Source: Takakia lepidozioides (lineage: Eukaryota > Plantae > Bryophyta). From it: DNA of 64,000 bases. A program made the translations under genes and the position numbers. The notes beneath the pieces were generated by a model, which was given only the letters and a program-made list of their open reading frames with translations, was not told where the DNA came from and searched no databases. Shown one piece after another: positions 1 through 13,000 of the stretch. The first letter of the stretch is position 1. The number at the start of each line of letters is the position of its first letter. The stretch lies in assembly GCA_030704615.1 (NCBI GenBank), contig CM060731.1, forward strand, positions 19,034,001 to 19,098,000. The letters run 5' to 3'.

Positions 1-1158
1 GGCAGGCTGGGTGAGTGTTCGGCTGACTGGGTGAGCGTCTCCGCACAGTCGGCGGGCGGCAGGTTTATTAGAGCTATACGGCTGTGATTTGATAGTATGA
101 GAGGGATCATTGGATGTGCATGGGTGTGGGGGCGGGTGCGGATGAATATATGTAGATTGGGGTAGTTCTGGTGGCCACCATAGATAAATAACTGCAGATT
201 GGGGTAGTTGGGATAGCATCCGCCGATGTGTATCAGCGGGTGTGGGTAGTAGTGCGGGGATGAAGCGGGGGTTAGATATGGCCAGGGTGTGGCCACGGGG
301 CTGCCTATGGATGAGCGTGGCTATGGGGATGAAATGTGGAGTGGGTAATAATACAGGGGCTATTGTACCCATGTAGAGCAGGTGGGTAAGGTGAGAAGCC
401 CAGGATAATGCGGCAGAGGCTTGCAGGCCTATACTAATTATATGTGAGGGGTATGTGGAGAAATGTGGGCTGGGAGGGGCATGTATGTGTATGGTAATCA
501 GTTTATTAGCAGTATAAGTGGGTAGGTGACTGGCCGGCTGGCAGGATGAGAGTCAACGCGCAGCCCACGGGCAGCGGTTTCCCATGAGGGACATGTTGTG
601 GTGTTATTAGAGATAGACGGCTGTGATCTGGTAGTATCCGATGTGGGGCGTGGGTTTTCATGATGAGAGGGACCGTTGGATGTGCATGGGTATTGTGGAT
701 TTTTGATTATTTTGGTGGAGGGTATTTTAAGGTGGTAGGTGGGGCAGGTGTCAGATATTTGGAATAGGGGTAGCGGGCTGGTAAGTGGCGATTGGTACAG
801 GTGTGGGAATGGTGTAAATAGCCAGTATCCCAGCGGTGAGCCGTATGAGCAGTTGGTTTGAGGGACGACTGCTGGAGCTGACGGATTATAAAAGAGATGA
901 GCGGCGCCTGGATAGTGCAGGCGCATGGGGTGTGAGCTTAGCTGTTGGTGAGAGAAATGCAAACACTGAGAGAGGCGCTTGGGAGCATAGGATGCATTGT
1001 GATATTGCAATAACACAGGGGTGGTTACAGTCAGGCCGCAGCTTGCAATGAGAAAGAGAAGTAGGTAGATAGCCAGAGAGGAGGACATTCGGGTGTGAGG
1101 GAAGACTCTAGAGAGCTCCCAACGGTCACTTGTGTAGCCCGGGGGCCACAATAGTGTT

Positions 1159-3282
1159 TTACGCATTGGTCGTATTGTCAATCACGGTGATGGGGGCCAG
1201 GGCCTGGTCGTTGGCAGCGTGAAGGATGGCAGACAGCTGCTGTTTGGTGTGTTCGGATGCAGGCATGGCTGCAAGAAATCCCGTGGTGTCGAATTTAGGA
1301 GGCCCGTCGTGTTGGAGCTTGATGAGGGCTGCAGGCCTGTATCCCCCTATTTGTGGAGTTGGTATGTTGTTGGAGTCAACTTGTCCGGCAGGGTGATTGG
1401 TCATGCTCGGGGGGGGGAGCTTCTCAAGGACCAAGTTAGCATGAGCGTAGAAGTGGGCCAGGTTGGCCCCTAGATTCTTGGTAATTGATTCTTGCAGCGA
1501 AACCGAGTACGCATGGTGTTCCGCCTGTTGGGCGGCCAAGGTAGAAGCAACCCGCTTTTCCATGGTTGCTAGATCACCCCATATATCCGTCTTGATTGAG
1601 ATGGCATGGTGCGCCAGTTTCCTGTCGATTTTGCTCATCACAAAGGCAAGCACTGCAGCCGATCCAGAGTCGGTCTGGATGTTGAGGGAGTTAACTGTGT
1701 CAGCCAAAGCTTGATTTATGTTGGCCACACGGAGACGCTTCAGAATGTTGTTAGCTGGGGGAACCATTCAGGCTGTGAGTGTGTGGTTCGAAGTTGACAT
1801 ATTTGTCGATGACGAGGATGTGCGGTTTGTGGCACCACTGAGCATAGATACTGGGGTTCTTACAAGTAAGGAGTGCCATGCCTGAGTGTTTGAACTTCTC
1901 TGTCGGGGCTACTCCGCTGAAGTAGATTTGTGCAAGGTTGTCTTTGCCGAAGACACCTCTAAGAGCATCTTCTGTCGCAACTTGAGTGTGCAGCTGGTTA
2001 AGGTTCTTGACTACCAATGTGAGCGCATCACGTTCCGCTACGACTTCCTGCAGTGTTGCGGTGAGGCCAGTCACACTGGTACGGCGGGAGCAAAGCTGCG
2101 GTTTTAAGAGATTATGTTCGATTCTGACTCCTTGTGACAACATCCTTTTCTTAGAGTCCGCGGAAGCCAGGTAGATAAAACAAAACTTAGTATCAGGTCT
2201 TGATTTTTGGACGTACATAATCTCAAACTCGTCGCCATGCAGGAATGTTTCCATGATGAAGTGCATTGCGAGTTTATGGTCGACGGTGCCCTGTAAGACT
2301 TCATTGGATAGATACAACGAAATGTATTTGATGGAGGCGTTAAGCTCAAATGCCTTCTCTACTTTCCCTTGCATAGGTATCCCGGAAGCCATTTCCATAA
2401 CAAAGGCTCGGTTGCCTTTCAAGAGAGCAATACCATCAATGGCAGGGTTCAGTAATTCCACTTTTAGCAGACCTAACCACTGTTTGCTCCTGTGCTTGGT
2501 GAAGGCAGTGATTGGTGAATAGAGGACCTTACCCAAGGGGATGTTCATGTCGTCGAACCTCTTTTTTGCACGGTACAGAGCCTGCTCCTTGGGCATATCG
2601 GTGTCGCTATCAAATCGAATCATGATGTGGTGAGGTGTGGCAGATAATCCAGAATCTGGGTCAACCAGGGTGCCCTTTGGTAACTGAGTGAGTGGGTAGA
2701 GCTGTCCCTCCTTCCCGTCCGATCTAGTAGCAGGAAAATAGAGCTGGGGAACATGGGGGAATGCTTTGTAGCAGTACCTTAAGTCGTGAATTTCTGAGTC
2801 TTGAAGGCCAAGCTTACGGAGTTCTATCGTTGGGCGCATCTCCTCAACGTAGGGCAGCCCACTGTCAAGTGCGTGCTTCTCGAGCGCAAGGTATCCCTAG
2901 AGATTGCCCGTTGAGGGGATGAATCATGCAAGTCGTGGCCCCTTGACTTTTTGGAATCGGAGTGCGAGCTCCCTGCCGTACTGTTGAATGCACTAGAGGG
3001 GCGTTTGAGGCCCGGGCTAGCTGCCTCCAGCCCCGCTGGTGATGTGAGCTGTGCTGGCTTGAGAGTCTGCTGGGGATTGGTGGGCCCTGCTGGCCCAGGT
3101 AGCTTCGAGCCTTGGTGAGATGGTGCATGACCGTTGGGGGTGGCTTCCTTATGTTGTGTAGAGCGAGTTTGGTACGCTTGGTCATTCACAAAGAACTCCT
3201 TGTCAGATAGATGCATGTCACTGATGTCGGCGTCTTCCTCAGCGAGAGCCGTCGAGATCACACCAACCTGGTGGTGATCCAT
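1159..3282 (-). pseudogene. Non-LTR retrotransposon ORF1-like protein with RRM-like segments, broken by two frameshifts
   Basis: ATG at 3282 (MDHHQVGV). ORFs 2824..3282, 1751..2839 and 1159..1767 overlap end to end. 'LTLVVKNLN...GMALLTCKNPSIYAQWC...VNFEPH' has an RRM-like pattern. Strand-biased C/A-rich flanks resemble the other LINE fragments in the window. Confidence 0.45.
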
Positions 3283-4454
3283 TTTGACAGAGAGTTTTTG
3301 AACTAAGAGGGAGATGGTGGCAGGCCTCTTGCTAAGCGACGATTTGTCTATGGATCGACTCTGTTTGCGGATGCAACCTGCTCTTTTTTGTATGCTACCA
3401 GACTTAGAACTTGACAAAGACATGCATGACCACGCCCACAGAGGGGGGGGAGGGGAAAGAATAGCTATATAGCGGGTGATGGCAGCGGTGCAAGCAGAAG
3501 AGATGTGTTTGGGACTGTCCGTGTTGCAGTTTATAGGGCGAGTGTTGATGTGGGTGTCATGTAGACATGCGATTAGTGTTAGTGGATAGTTAGTGGTGTT
3601 GGGAGGGTGGCTTTTGCTGCAGGGCCAGCTTGAGCGGTGGAGGAGGTTAAGTATGGCCGCTGGCAGTTTACTGCCTAGCGGCGGTTGTAATGGATTGGCC
3701 TGGTGGAAGCGATTATGAGGCTTGCACCATGTGCAGGGTGGGAGACGGGCACCGTTAGCAGAGCATGGCAAGGAGAACGATAATTGTACAAGGAGGTGGA
3801 TTGGCTGGTTAATGGATAGCGCTAGTAAATCTAGTTTGAGGAAGTGATGACACCTGATGGAGTGGTGGGGACTGCGCATGCTGGTTTTGGGTTTAGATGT
3901 ACTGTGGCGGAGAGTTGCATTAACAGGGGTGCTGAATAACGGCTCTAGTTTGATGAGTGTGGTGTTTAAGCCTGTGGGGTGAGCATGTGTGAGAGAGTGG
4001 TGACGAATGGGGAGTTGGCTATTGTTTGGGATTGTGATTATTGCCCAATCAAATAATCGAATGGGTCTGTCGAGTAAAAGTGGAGAGGAGGATTGTGAAG
4101 TAGTTGATTTTAACATGCGGAGGAGGAATAGAGCAGCGTTGCATGATGTGAGGGTAGTTTGGTAGAGTTCGACGGACTGAGGCAGTTGTGATGGTGTGTC
4201 ATGCCAGGGAAGAAATGGCTGGGGCAGCCACGTTGTGAGGGGAGGAGAATGGCAAACGGCAGTGGGCTGCAACAGCCCGAATTTGAGAGAGCTGTGTGGC
4301 GGTGGTGTGGTTATCTGCCAATAGACTGTAGAATTGGGGGGGTAGTGGGAGAGTCCATGGGAAGTATAGACCATATAATGACAGCTAGAAGTGTAGAAGG
4401 AGGCCGTAATGTGAGGATGCTGAGTTAGGATGTGGGAAATCCACATAGATGAGG

Positions 4455-5515
4455 GCACTCAGAATGCCAGTCATGACCACCTCTCCGTCTTGTATCATCT
4501 GGCACCCATCCTTCACGTGGAGCATGAAAATATTCTTCTGCGCTGCTTTGTAACACGAAAAAAGATTTCTTCCCAAATCAGGCACGTACAGTACCTCAGT
4601 CAGCATGCTGGTGACACAGCCATCACCAATTCTTACTCTGATCAAGATATCGCCAACTCCCTTGGCCGACATCTTTATTCCTCCAATCCCTTGAATCGGC
4701 TGCTGCTGAGAAAGCTCTCTAAACGTCGTGAACCAAGATCTTTGGCCCGTCATGTGCTGTGTGCACCCGCTATCGGAATACCAGTGGCCGTTGGACAAGT
4801 TGGAAAAACTCGCCATGAACGCCTTGTATGAGACAGAGCTAGATTTCCCTTTCTCATCGTCTTCCTTAGCGCCTCTGCCATCGGACTCCTTTTTCTCACT
4901 AGCCTTGGAGCCCTTTGGGTCGTCGTCTATGCATTCACGCGCCCAATGCCCCTTTTGCCCGCACTTATGACACGCGGGGTTCTTCTTCCGGTCTTCTATC
5001 TCCTTGCCTGCCGCTGCTCGTACGTTAAAGTTTGCTTCTGCTTCTCGCCACCGCCGAACTGTCCAGACTTGGAACCTCCTTCTTATTTTGTAGCCACAAA
5101 AGCCGTCACATTGTCTGTACTAGCATCCGGACGACTCTTGATCCGAGCTTCTTGCTGCAGTAAACTCAAGGTCAAATTCTCCAGAGTCTTGGATGCATTC
5201 GGGGTGATATCCCACGATGACAACAAGCTATCGTACCCTGACGGAAGGTTGGCCATGATCTTAGCGATGATGGCAGCCTCAGTGAACGTCTTATCTCCCC
5301 TACTAGCCAACTGACTAACGACCATGTCTACGTTGCTGAGAAAAGAAGCGATCCCCTTTCCCTCCCCTAGCTGTACTTTGTAAAACCTCTGCTGCAAGAC
5401 ATGAACGCTCTCGTTGGCGTCCTGCTCTTGAATCAATGTCAGCTTCGCCCAAATTGCATTTGAGGTCATGCAACTGATAACATTCTTCAAATACTTTTTG
5501 TCTATGGCTTGACAA
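4455..5515 (-). mobile_element. Ty1/copia gag-protease fragment
   Basis: Copia gag (IWAKL...LQQRFY...IIAKIMANLPSGYD), zinc knuckle CHKCGQKGHWAREC (~4935-4975) and protease WYSDSGCTQHM...LTEVLYVPDLGRNLFS. No integrase, RT or LTR. Confidence 0.9.
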
Positions 5516-5519
5516 AGAA

Positions 5520-6927
5520 GGCACAAACCCCCAACCACAGTAGACCACGAATGGGCTATTACAATTTAAATACATCCCCGCTGACTCCCACTACTCTAGA
5601 CAAGGGGCTCTTCACTACTCCTCCCTAAGCCTACTTGATGGTTTCTACCTCAAAACCGGTAACGAAATCCTGTCATATCTCCTAAGCCACGTACACATCA
5701 ACAACTTATGTAGTTCGGACCACTATCCGATCTCTGTGTACCTCCCTCCCTCATTCCCTTTCGACCCCTCCCGGATGTACATACCCTCCCCCCTCAGCCT
5801 AGAATTCTCTCCCCTATACCCCAGTGTAACATCCAAGCATTCCAAAAACATTTCCACACCGCCTCTTCAAACTTCATACACAAGACCTCTCACATATTCT
5901 CCGATACTAACTTACAATCATCCCTTGACATTACTTCGGCTGAAGCCGAGAATGTCCTTGCATCTACAATACAAGAAAAGTGCTTGCCACTTGCACCGCC
6001 CCCCTTGACCTCCCCCAAATGGCCTGATCGAAACAAAACGGGGGCTACCTCACCCGGACTCAGAAACGCGAATGGACCTCCAACCTCAACATCTACCATG
6101 CCGTCCACCGGGCTCTTACTATCATACCTCCCCCCTCTACCCCGTCATATAATAACTAGAGAACTGACCCTCGCATCACCTGTTTAAACACCTTGCCTAC
6201 ATGCCAATCTCTTATGTCCTCACCTGAGGATTCATCCTCTCTTTCCCAATGGACCGCCTCCCTCTCCAAACTTGGACGGGAAGCAAAAAAAGCTGCCTAT
6301 TGCCCTGTGAGACTCTGCCCAGATATCCTTCTAGTCCAGGGACTTCCCATCAACGCTCCCCCACCTACAGACCCATCCCAAACCTTCACCATACATTTCA
6401 TTGAATTACATACTGCAACGACCGCTTCCCCAGTTATTCCATCCTCGAAAAACGCCAAAAATATGCACCACTTATCCTTGCTATTCGTCGGCGGGGATGG
6501 ACCACTGGCCCTCTTACTGTCATCACTACCAGCACCAGAGGAGGCATCCATAATGCCAGTATCTCTGCACTCTAAAACAATTTTCAACTCCCCATCACCT
6601 CCATCCATAAATGCTTTAAAGCCATACACCTTACCGCGCTTCACTCTCTTACTGCTATCATTACCAACACGTCACCTGGAATCCTCTTCTCTCCTAGATA
6701 TCCAGGGCGCCTTTTGGGTACGCGTTGGAGACCCAAGGGCACCCCATGGGTACATGCGGTACCCTTAGCCCCTCGGACACCTTCTCCCAACCGGTCACTT
6801 GGTGTCCCTTGGACACTGGTTTTTACATAGGGTCCACCCCCGAAAGGAGGCAGTAGTCGCAAGGCGAAGTGGCTCTTAGTTACGCTGGCCCTGGCCGGCG
6901 TCTTCTCTCTCTCTCTCTCTCTCTCTC
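5520..6927 (+). mobile_element. 3' fragment of an RLE-type (Dualen/RandI-like) LINE ending in a (TC)n tail
   Basis: RLCPDILLVQG...TIHFIE, then (shifted frame) YCNDRFP, reads as a restriction-like endonuclease core. The (TC)n tract at ~6901-6927 is followed by an abrupt change to AT-rich DNA. Confidence 0.6.
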
Positions 6928-7409
6928 GGATCTTGGAGTTTTCATTTTTAAAGGGTTTCTTCGTAATTCAAGAGCTGAGTGTAGATATCTGAACAACATT
7001 TTTTTTCAAATTTCATAACCGTTTTTAGTTAGTGGTACACATTGTTTGGAAGTCTCAAACTTGATGTTTCGGCATTCACTACTACAATTTTTGTTGCATT
7101 TGGCAGTTGTCACCTTCTTTTTCCAAAGTTCGTTTTTTTACGTTAAGATTATTCCAATCTTTGATCTAGTCCCAAGGGCAAATTTAAAAAAAATTCATTA
7201 TCTCCTTAAATAAATAAATAAAGGTCGGAATAGAGCGACATCTACAGTAATATAAGTCCCTTTTATCATATTTGTTTTCTATAGTGAGTGCAAAAAGTCC
7301 ATAACAAGTTTTTTTAATGGATTGTGATACTGTCGTATGCACTATTTTAAAGTCCATTACTTCGACAAATCAACTTCATTTCTTGGTGAAAATTTAAAGA
7401 TTAGAGCTT

Positions 7410-8460
7410 GTAGTAGTTGGAAGTCATCCTGAACACAGCCCTGCGGGACATGTATGTCAAATGTGAGTGCATCGAGGATGCAAAGGGAGTTTTCGACAGT
7501 ATGGCTGAAACAAATGTGGTGTCGTGGAGGGCGATGATTGCAGGATATGCACAACAAGGGGCGGGATGGAGGCTTCGGAGACCTATGAGCAAATGATGGG
7601 GGAAGGGGTGAAGCCCGACCGCATAACGTTTGTTTGCATTTGCAATGCGTGTGCAAGCCTGGCAGCTCTGGAAAGGTGCAAAGTGGTCCATGGTGACATC
7701 GTCACATCTGGAATTGTACCCAATGTCATTCTGAACACTGCCCTGCTGGACATGTATGTCAAATGTGAGTGCATCGAGGATGCAAAGGGAGTTTTCAACA
7801 GTATGGCTGAAGGAGATGTGGTGTCGTGGAGGGCGATGATTGCAGAATATGCACAACAAGGGCGCGGGATGGAGGCATTGGAGACCTATGAGCAATTGAT
7901 GTGCGAAGGGGTGAAGCCCAACCGCATAACGTTTGTGTGCATTTGCAATGCGTGTGCAAGCCTGGAAGCTTTGGAAAGGTGCAATGAGGTCCATGCATGT
8001 GACATCTTCAAAGTTGGATTTGTACTAGATGTCATCTTGAACACTGCCCTGCTGGACATGTATGTCAAATGTGAGTGCATCGAGGATGCAAAGGGAGTGT
8101 TCGACAGTATGGCTGAAACAAATGTGGTGTCGTGGAGGGCGATGATTGCAGGATATGCACAGCAAAGGGCGGGATGGAGGCTTTGGAGACCTATGAGCAA
8201 TTGATGTGCAAAAGGGTGAAGCCCAACCACATCACATTTGTTTGCGTTTGCAATGATTGTGCAAGCCTGGCAGCCCTGGAAAGGTGCAATGAGGTCCATG
8301 GGACATCGTCGAAGTTGGATTTGTACCAGATGTCATCCTGAACACTGCTCTGCTGGACTTGTATGTCAAATGTGAGTGCATCAAGGATGCAAAGGGAGTG
8401 TTCGACAGGATGACTGAACGAAATGTGGTGTCGTGGAATTCCATGATCGCAGGATATTCC
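7410..8460 (+). pseudogene. PLS-class pentatricopeptide-repeat array (~3.5 P-L-S triplets, ~303-bp period), frameshifted
   Basis: Repeated NTALLDMYVKCECIEDAKGVFDSM / VVSWRAMIAGYAQQGRG / GVKPNRITFVCICNACASLA. No N-terminus and no E/DYW domain. Confidence 0.92.
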
Positions 8461-8685
8461 CACTTCAAGCATGATGCTCATTTGTCTCTCCGTATAAATG
8501 TCGAAATCCAAATGGAACCCATTATCTTCAAATTATGTCTTAAGCTATCCATCGGAAGTTCCAGAAAGTAGTTGAAAAGCGATTACTTCTGCTCATGTTA
8601 GGGCAATTCAATTTTAAGCTTAGTATCGTAACCTCTCTCTTTGAAAAGCTACTTGTTTTGAAGTGTTCTTTGGGTACATTTGCAG

Positions 8686-9598
8686 GTTCTTTCCTGTCCA
8701 AAAAAATCGAGCACTGTGGAAAGCAGAAAACGAGATCACAAAGGGTCTCAGAGAGATCATCCAAGCCCGGCGTGACTCTGTGATTCTTGGAAAAAGTGCC
8801 GAATTTGGAAATGATCTGCTAGGTATAATGTTGTCTGTAAGTGAGCACAACCCCCGGGACAACCACAAGGTCAATCCTACACAAGCCCGACTCACAAACC
8901 ATCAGGTGGTAGATGAGTGCAAGACCTTCTTCTTTGCTGGCCATGAAACTAGCGCGGTTTCTCTGACATGTACTTTGATGTTGCTGTCGGTATATCCCGA
9001 GTGGCAGGATCGTCTGCGTAGAGAAGTGCAGGAGGTTTGCAAAGGCACGTCTCCTGATAGCCAGAAACACGGCAAGCTGAAACTTGTGAGTTCTGAGCCT
9101 CAAATATCAAACCATCTTGAGCAGTGTCTAGATTCTCTTTCGCCTATCAAGCCATCAGGGTTTCCTCTCTCTATGCTGCCCTCTACATTGTATACAAGAC
9201 TAGGGACTGATTTGTTGTTTTGGTGTACACTGTTTCACAAATGTCGTCAGTGCATTCAATTGGTAATCTGAAACTAGATTAGCAACATTATTGCACTCGG
9301 CTGTTCATTGGCATCCTCATGAAGGCTTGAGTTCTGGAGTCTTGTTATTTAATTGACATGAGCATGACTCTGTTGTCTGCAGGTTGGAATGGTGTTGAAA
9401 AATCTATGCGGCTTTACCCTCCTGTTCCACATCTGTCTTGGCAGGCTGCAAAAGACCTTGGTTGGGCAATCTGCTCATCCCAAAAGGACTTACTATTATC
9501 ACCAACCAAGTCCAAATGCATCACGATCCACAGCTGTGGGGTGAGGATGCCCTTGAATTCAACCCTAAGCGATTTGCTGGAGGAATCTCCAATGCTTG
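8686..9598 (+). pseudogene. Cytochrome P450 internal fragment, clan 72-like; two exons, heme-Cys region absent
   Basis: DECKTFFFAGHETS (I-helix), PEWQDRLRREV, GT-AG intron 9086-9382, SMRLYPP (ExxR region), [14 protein letters not shown] (PERF). Ends at GISNAC, before FxxGxRxCxG. Confidence 0.92.
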
Positions 9599-10015
9599 TG
9601 CAAGCCTGGCAGTGCTGGAAAAGGGCAAAGAGGTGCATGGAGACATCATCAAAGCTGGAATTGTACCAAACGTCATTCTGAACACTGCCCTGGCAACTCT
9701 GGAAGAGAGCAAAGAGGTCCATGGCGACATCGTCAGAGCTGGAATTGTAGCAAATGTCATTCTGAACACTGCCCTAGTGGACATGTATGCAAAATGTGGG
9801 TGCATCTAGGATGCAAAGGGAGTGTTCAACACTATGGCTGAACGAGATGTGGTGTCGTGGAGTGCGATGCTTGCAGGGTATGCACAGCAAGGACGTGGGA
9901 TGGATGCTTTGGAGACCTATGAGCAAATGATGGGGGAAGCACATCATGTTTGTGTGCATTTGCAATGCTTGTGCAAGCCTGGCAGCCCTGGAGAAGGGCA
10001 AAGAGGTGCATGGGA
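9590..10015 (+). pseudogene. Second PLS-PPR fragment joined in frame to the P450 fragment
   Basis: [20 protein letters not shown]...[12 protein letters not shown] and ERDVVSWSAMLAGYAQQGRG, with stops and internal deletions. Confidence 0.88.
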
Positions 10016-10019
10016 ACGA

Positions 10020-13000
10020 GATGTGTCTAAGCCCAAGTGCAAGATCTCATATGTATCCTAGTGCGGACCTAAGTGAGGCCCAAGTGCGACCTCTAGGGTA
10101 GCTTGTGCCGTTGGCCCAAGTGTCCACTGTCATCTAAGTCTAATGATTTAGCCATCTCTAATCATTTTTTTTTCCACATAGCCTATGACCAGCTTTGAAC
10201 CGGAGACCTCTCCCTTGTTGTCGCTCCCGTCAAGGCTCCAACCATTCTCCCAGGAATGCCCACTTTGCTATTTTTCCCGAATTTCCAATGGCCCAATATC
10301 ATCTAAGTAAGTTTTTTTTTCCACAGAGCCTACGACCAGATTTGAACCCGGAGGCCATTTTTGTTTTTTTTGTGAATTTCCAGTGACCAAAAGTACTTGG
10401 AATTCCACATCTCCCTCACCGCTTGTCCAAAAATCATGAGACCAAGCCGGTGCACCCCTCCTCACCGAGGGCTTTCCAATGGCACCAAGCACCCGCGTTG
10501 GGGCCCCGCGGTTTGGGAGATCTCAACGACGCTAGAAAACAAAACAAAACAAAACAAACATCTCGCTTCATATATTGACTAGGGTAGCCTGTGCCGTTGG
10601 CCCAAGTGTCCAGTGTTATCTAAGTCCAAGTGCAATCCCCTATATATCAAAGTGTGTTTCCTATGTCGAGGCCCAAATGCAACCTCTAGGGTAGCCTTTG
10701 TTGTTGGCCCAAGTGTCCAATTCATCTAAGTCCAAATGTAAGATCTTCTTTGTATCCTAGTGCGTCTCCTATGTTGAGGCCCAAGTGCGACCTCTAGGGT
10801 AGCATGTATGAAGAGTTGAAATCTAAGACCAAATGCAATTTCCTACGTATCCAAGCGTGTCTCATATGTCGAGGCCCACCTAAGCCCAAACTTGCAATCT
10901 TCTATTTATGTATCCAAGTGCATCTCCCATGTAGAGGCCCAAGTGTCCAGTGTCACGTAACTTGCCCAAGTGCAATCTCCTATGTATCCAAGTACGTCTC
11001 CCATGTCAAAGCCCAATTTATTTTTTTCCATTAATTTATTGAGTAGTAATATATCCATTTATTATTGATATATCTCCCGTCGAGGCTCCCAGGAAAGCCC
11101 ACTTTGCTATTTTGGGGGAATTTCTAGCGACCCAAAGTACTTCAAATTTGATCAATATGAAGCCATGTAGTTTGTTTTGTTTTGTTTTATTTATTACTAC
11201 TCAATAAATTCATGGAAGATATTAAACTGATATATGAAGCAAGGTAGTTTGGACTTTGCAATGTCTAGGTAGCCTTTGCCATTGGCCCAAGTGTCCAATG
11301 TCATCTAAGTAAGTTTTTTTCCACAGAGCCTATGACTAGATTTGAACCAGAGACCTTTCCCTTGATATCTCTCCCGTCGAGGCTCCAACCATTGTCCCAG
11401 GAATGCCCACTTTGCCATTTTTGCTATTTTTCGTGAATTTTCAGCGACCAAAAGTACTTGGAATTCCACATCTCCCTCACCGCTTGTCCAAAAATCATGA
11501 GACCAAGCCGATGCACCCCTCCTCATCGAGGGCTTTCCAACGGCACCAAGCACCGGGGCTTGGGGCCCGCGGTTTGGGAGATCTCAACGACGCTACAAAA
11601 CAAAACAAAACAAACGTCTCGCTTCATGTATTGATAGGCTAGCCTGTGCCGTTGGCCCAAGTGTCCAATGTTATCTAAGTCCAAGTGCAATCCCCTATGT
11701 ATCTAGAGACCCTCATGTTTGGGAGATCTAGGCCTAGGGTAGCATGCGCCATTGGCCCATGTGTTAAGAATTGAAATCTAAGTCCAAGTGCAATCCCCTA
11801 TGTATTCAAGTAGCATCTCCTATATCAAGGCCCATGTGTGAAGAATTGAAATATAAGCTCGAGTGCAATTTCTTATGTATCCAAGTGGGTCTCCTATGTC
11901 GAGGCCCAAGTGCGACCTCTAGTGTAGCCTATGAAGAATTGAAATCTAAGCCCAAGTGCATCTCCCATGTACATGCCCAAGTGTCCAGTGTCATCTAAGT
12001 CCAAGTGCAATCCCCTATGTATCCAAGTGCGTCTCCTATGTCGAGGCCCATGTGTGAAGAATTGAAATCTAGGCCCAAGTGCAATCTCATACGTATCCAA
12101 GTGCTTCTCCCATGTAGAGGCCCGAGTGCGACCTCCACTATCCAATGTCATCTAAGTCTAAGTGCAATCCCCTATCTAATCAATTTTTTTTTCCAGAGAG
12201 CCTACGACCAGATTTGAACCGGAGACCTTTCCCTTGATATCTCTCCCGTCGAGGCTCCAACCATTGTCCCAGGAATGCCCACTTTGCCATTTTTGCTATT
12301 TTTGGGGAATTTCCAACGACCAAAAGTACTTGGAATTCCACATCTCCCACACTGCAGGTCCAAAAATCATGAGACCAAGCCCGTGCACCCCTCCTCGTCG
12401 AGGGCTTTCCAACGGCACCAAGCACCCATGCTGGGGCCTCGCGGTTTGGGACATCGCAACGTGACAAAACAAAACAAAACAAACGTTTCGCTTCATATAT
12501 TGACTAGTGTAGCATGTGCCGTTGGCCCAAGTGTCTAGTGTCATCTAAGTCCAAGTGTAAGATCTTCTATATATCCCAGTGCGTCTCCTATGTTGAGGCC
12601 CAAGTGCGACCTCTAGGGTAGCATGTGCCTTTGGCCCATGTATGAAGAGTTGAAATCTAAGACCAAGTGCAATTTCCTATGTATCCCAGTGCGTCTCCTA
12701 TGTCCGAGGCCCAAGTGCGACCTCTAGTGTAGCCTATGCCGTTGGCCCATGTGTGAAGAATTGAAATCTAACTCCATGTGCAATTTCCTACGTATCCAAG
12801 TGCATCTCATATGTCGAGGCCCAGCTAAGCTCAAGTGCAATCTTCTATTTATGTATCCAAGTGCATCTCCCATGTAGAGGCCCAAGTGTCCAGTGTCATG
12901 TAACTTGCCAAGTGCAATCTCCTATGTATCCAAGTACGTCTCCCATGTCAAAGACCAATTATTTTTTTCATCAATTTATTGAGTAGTAATATATCCATTC

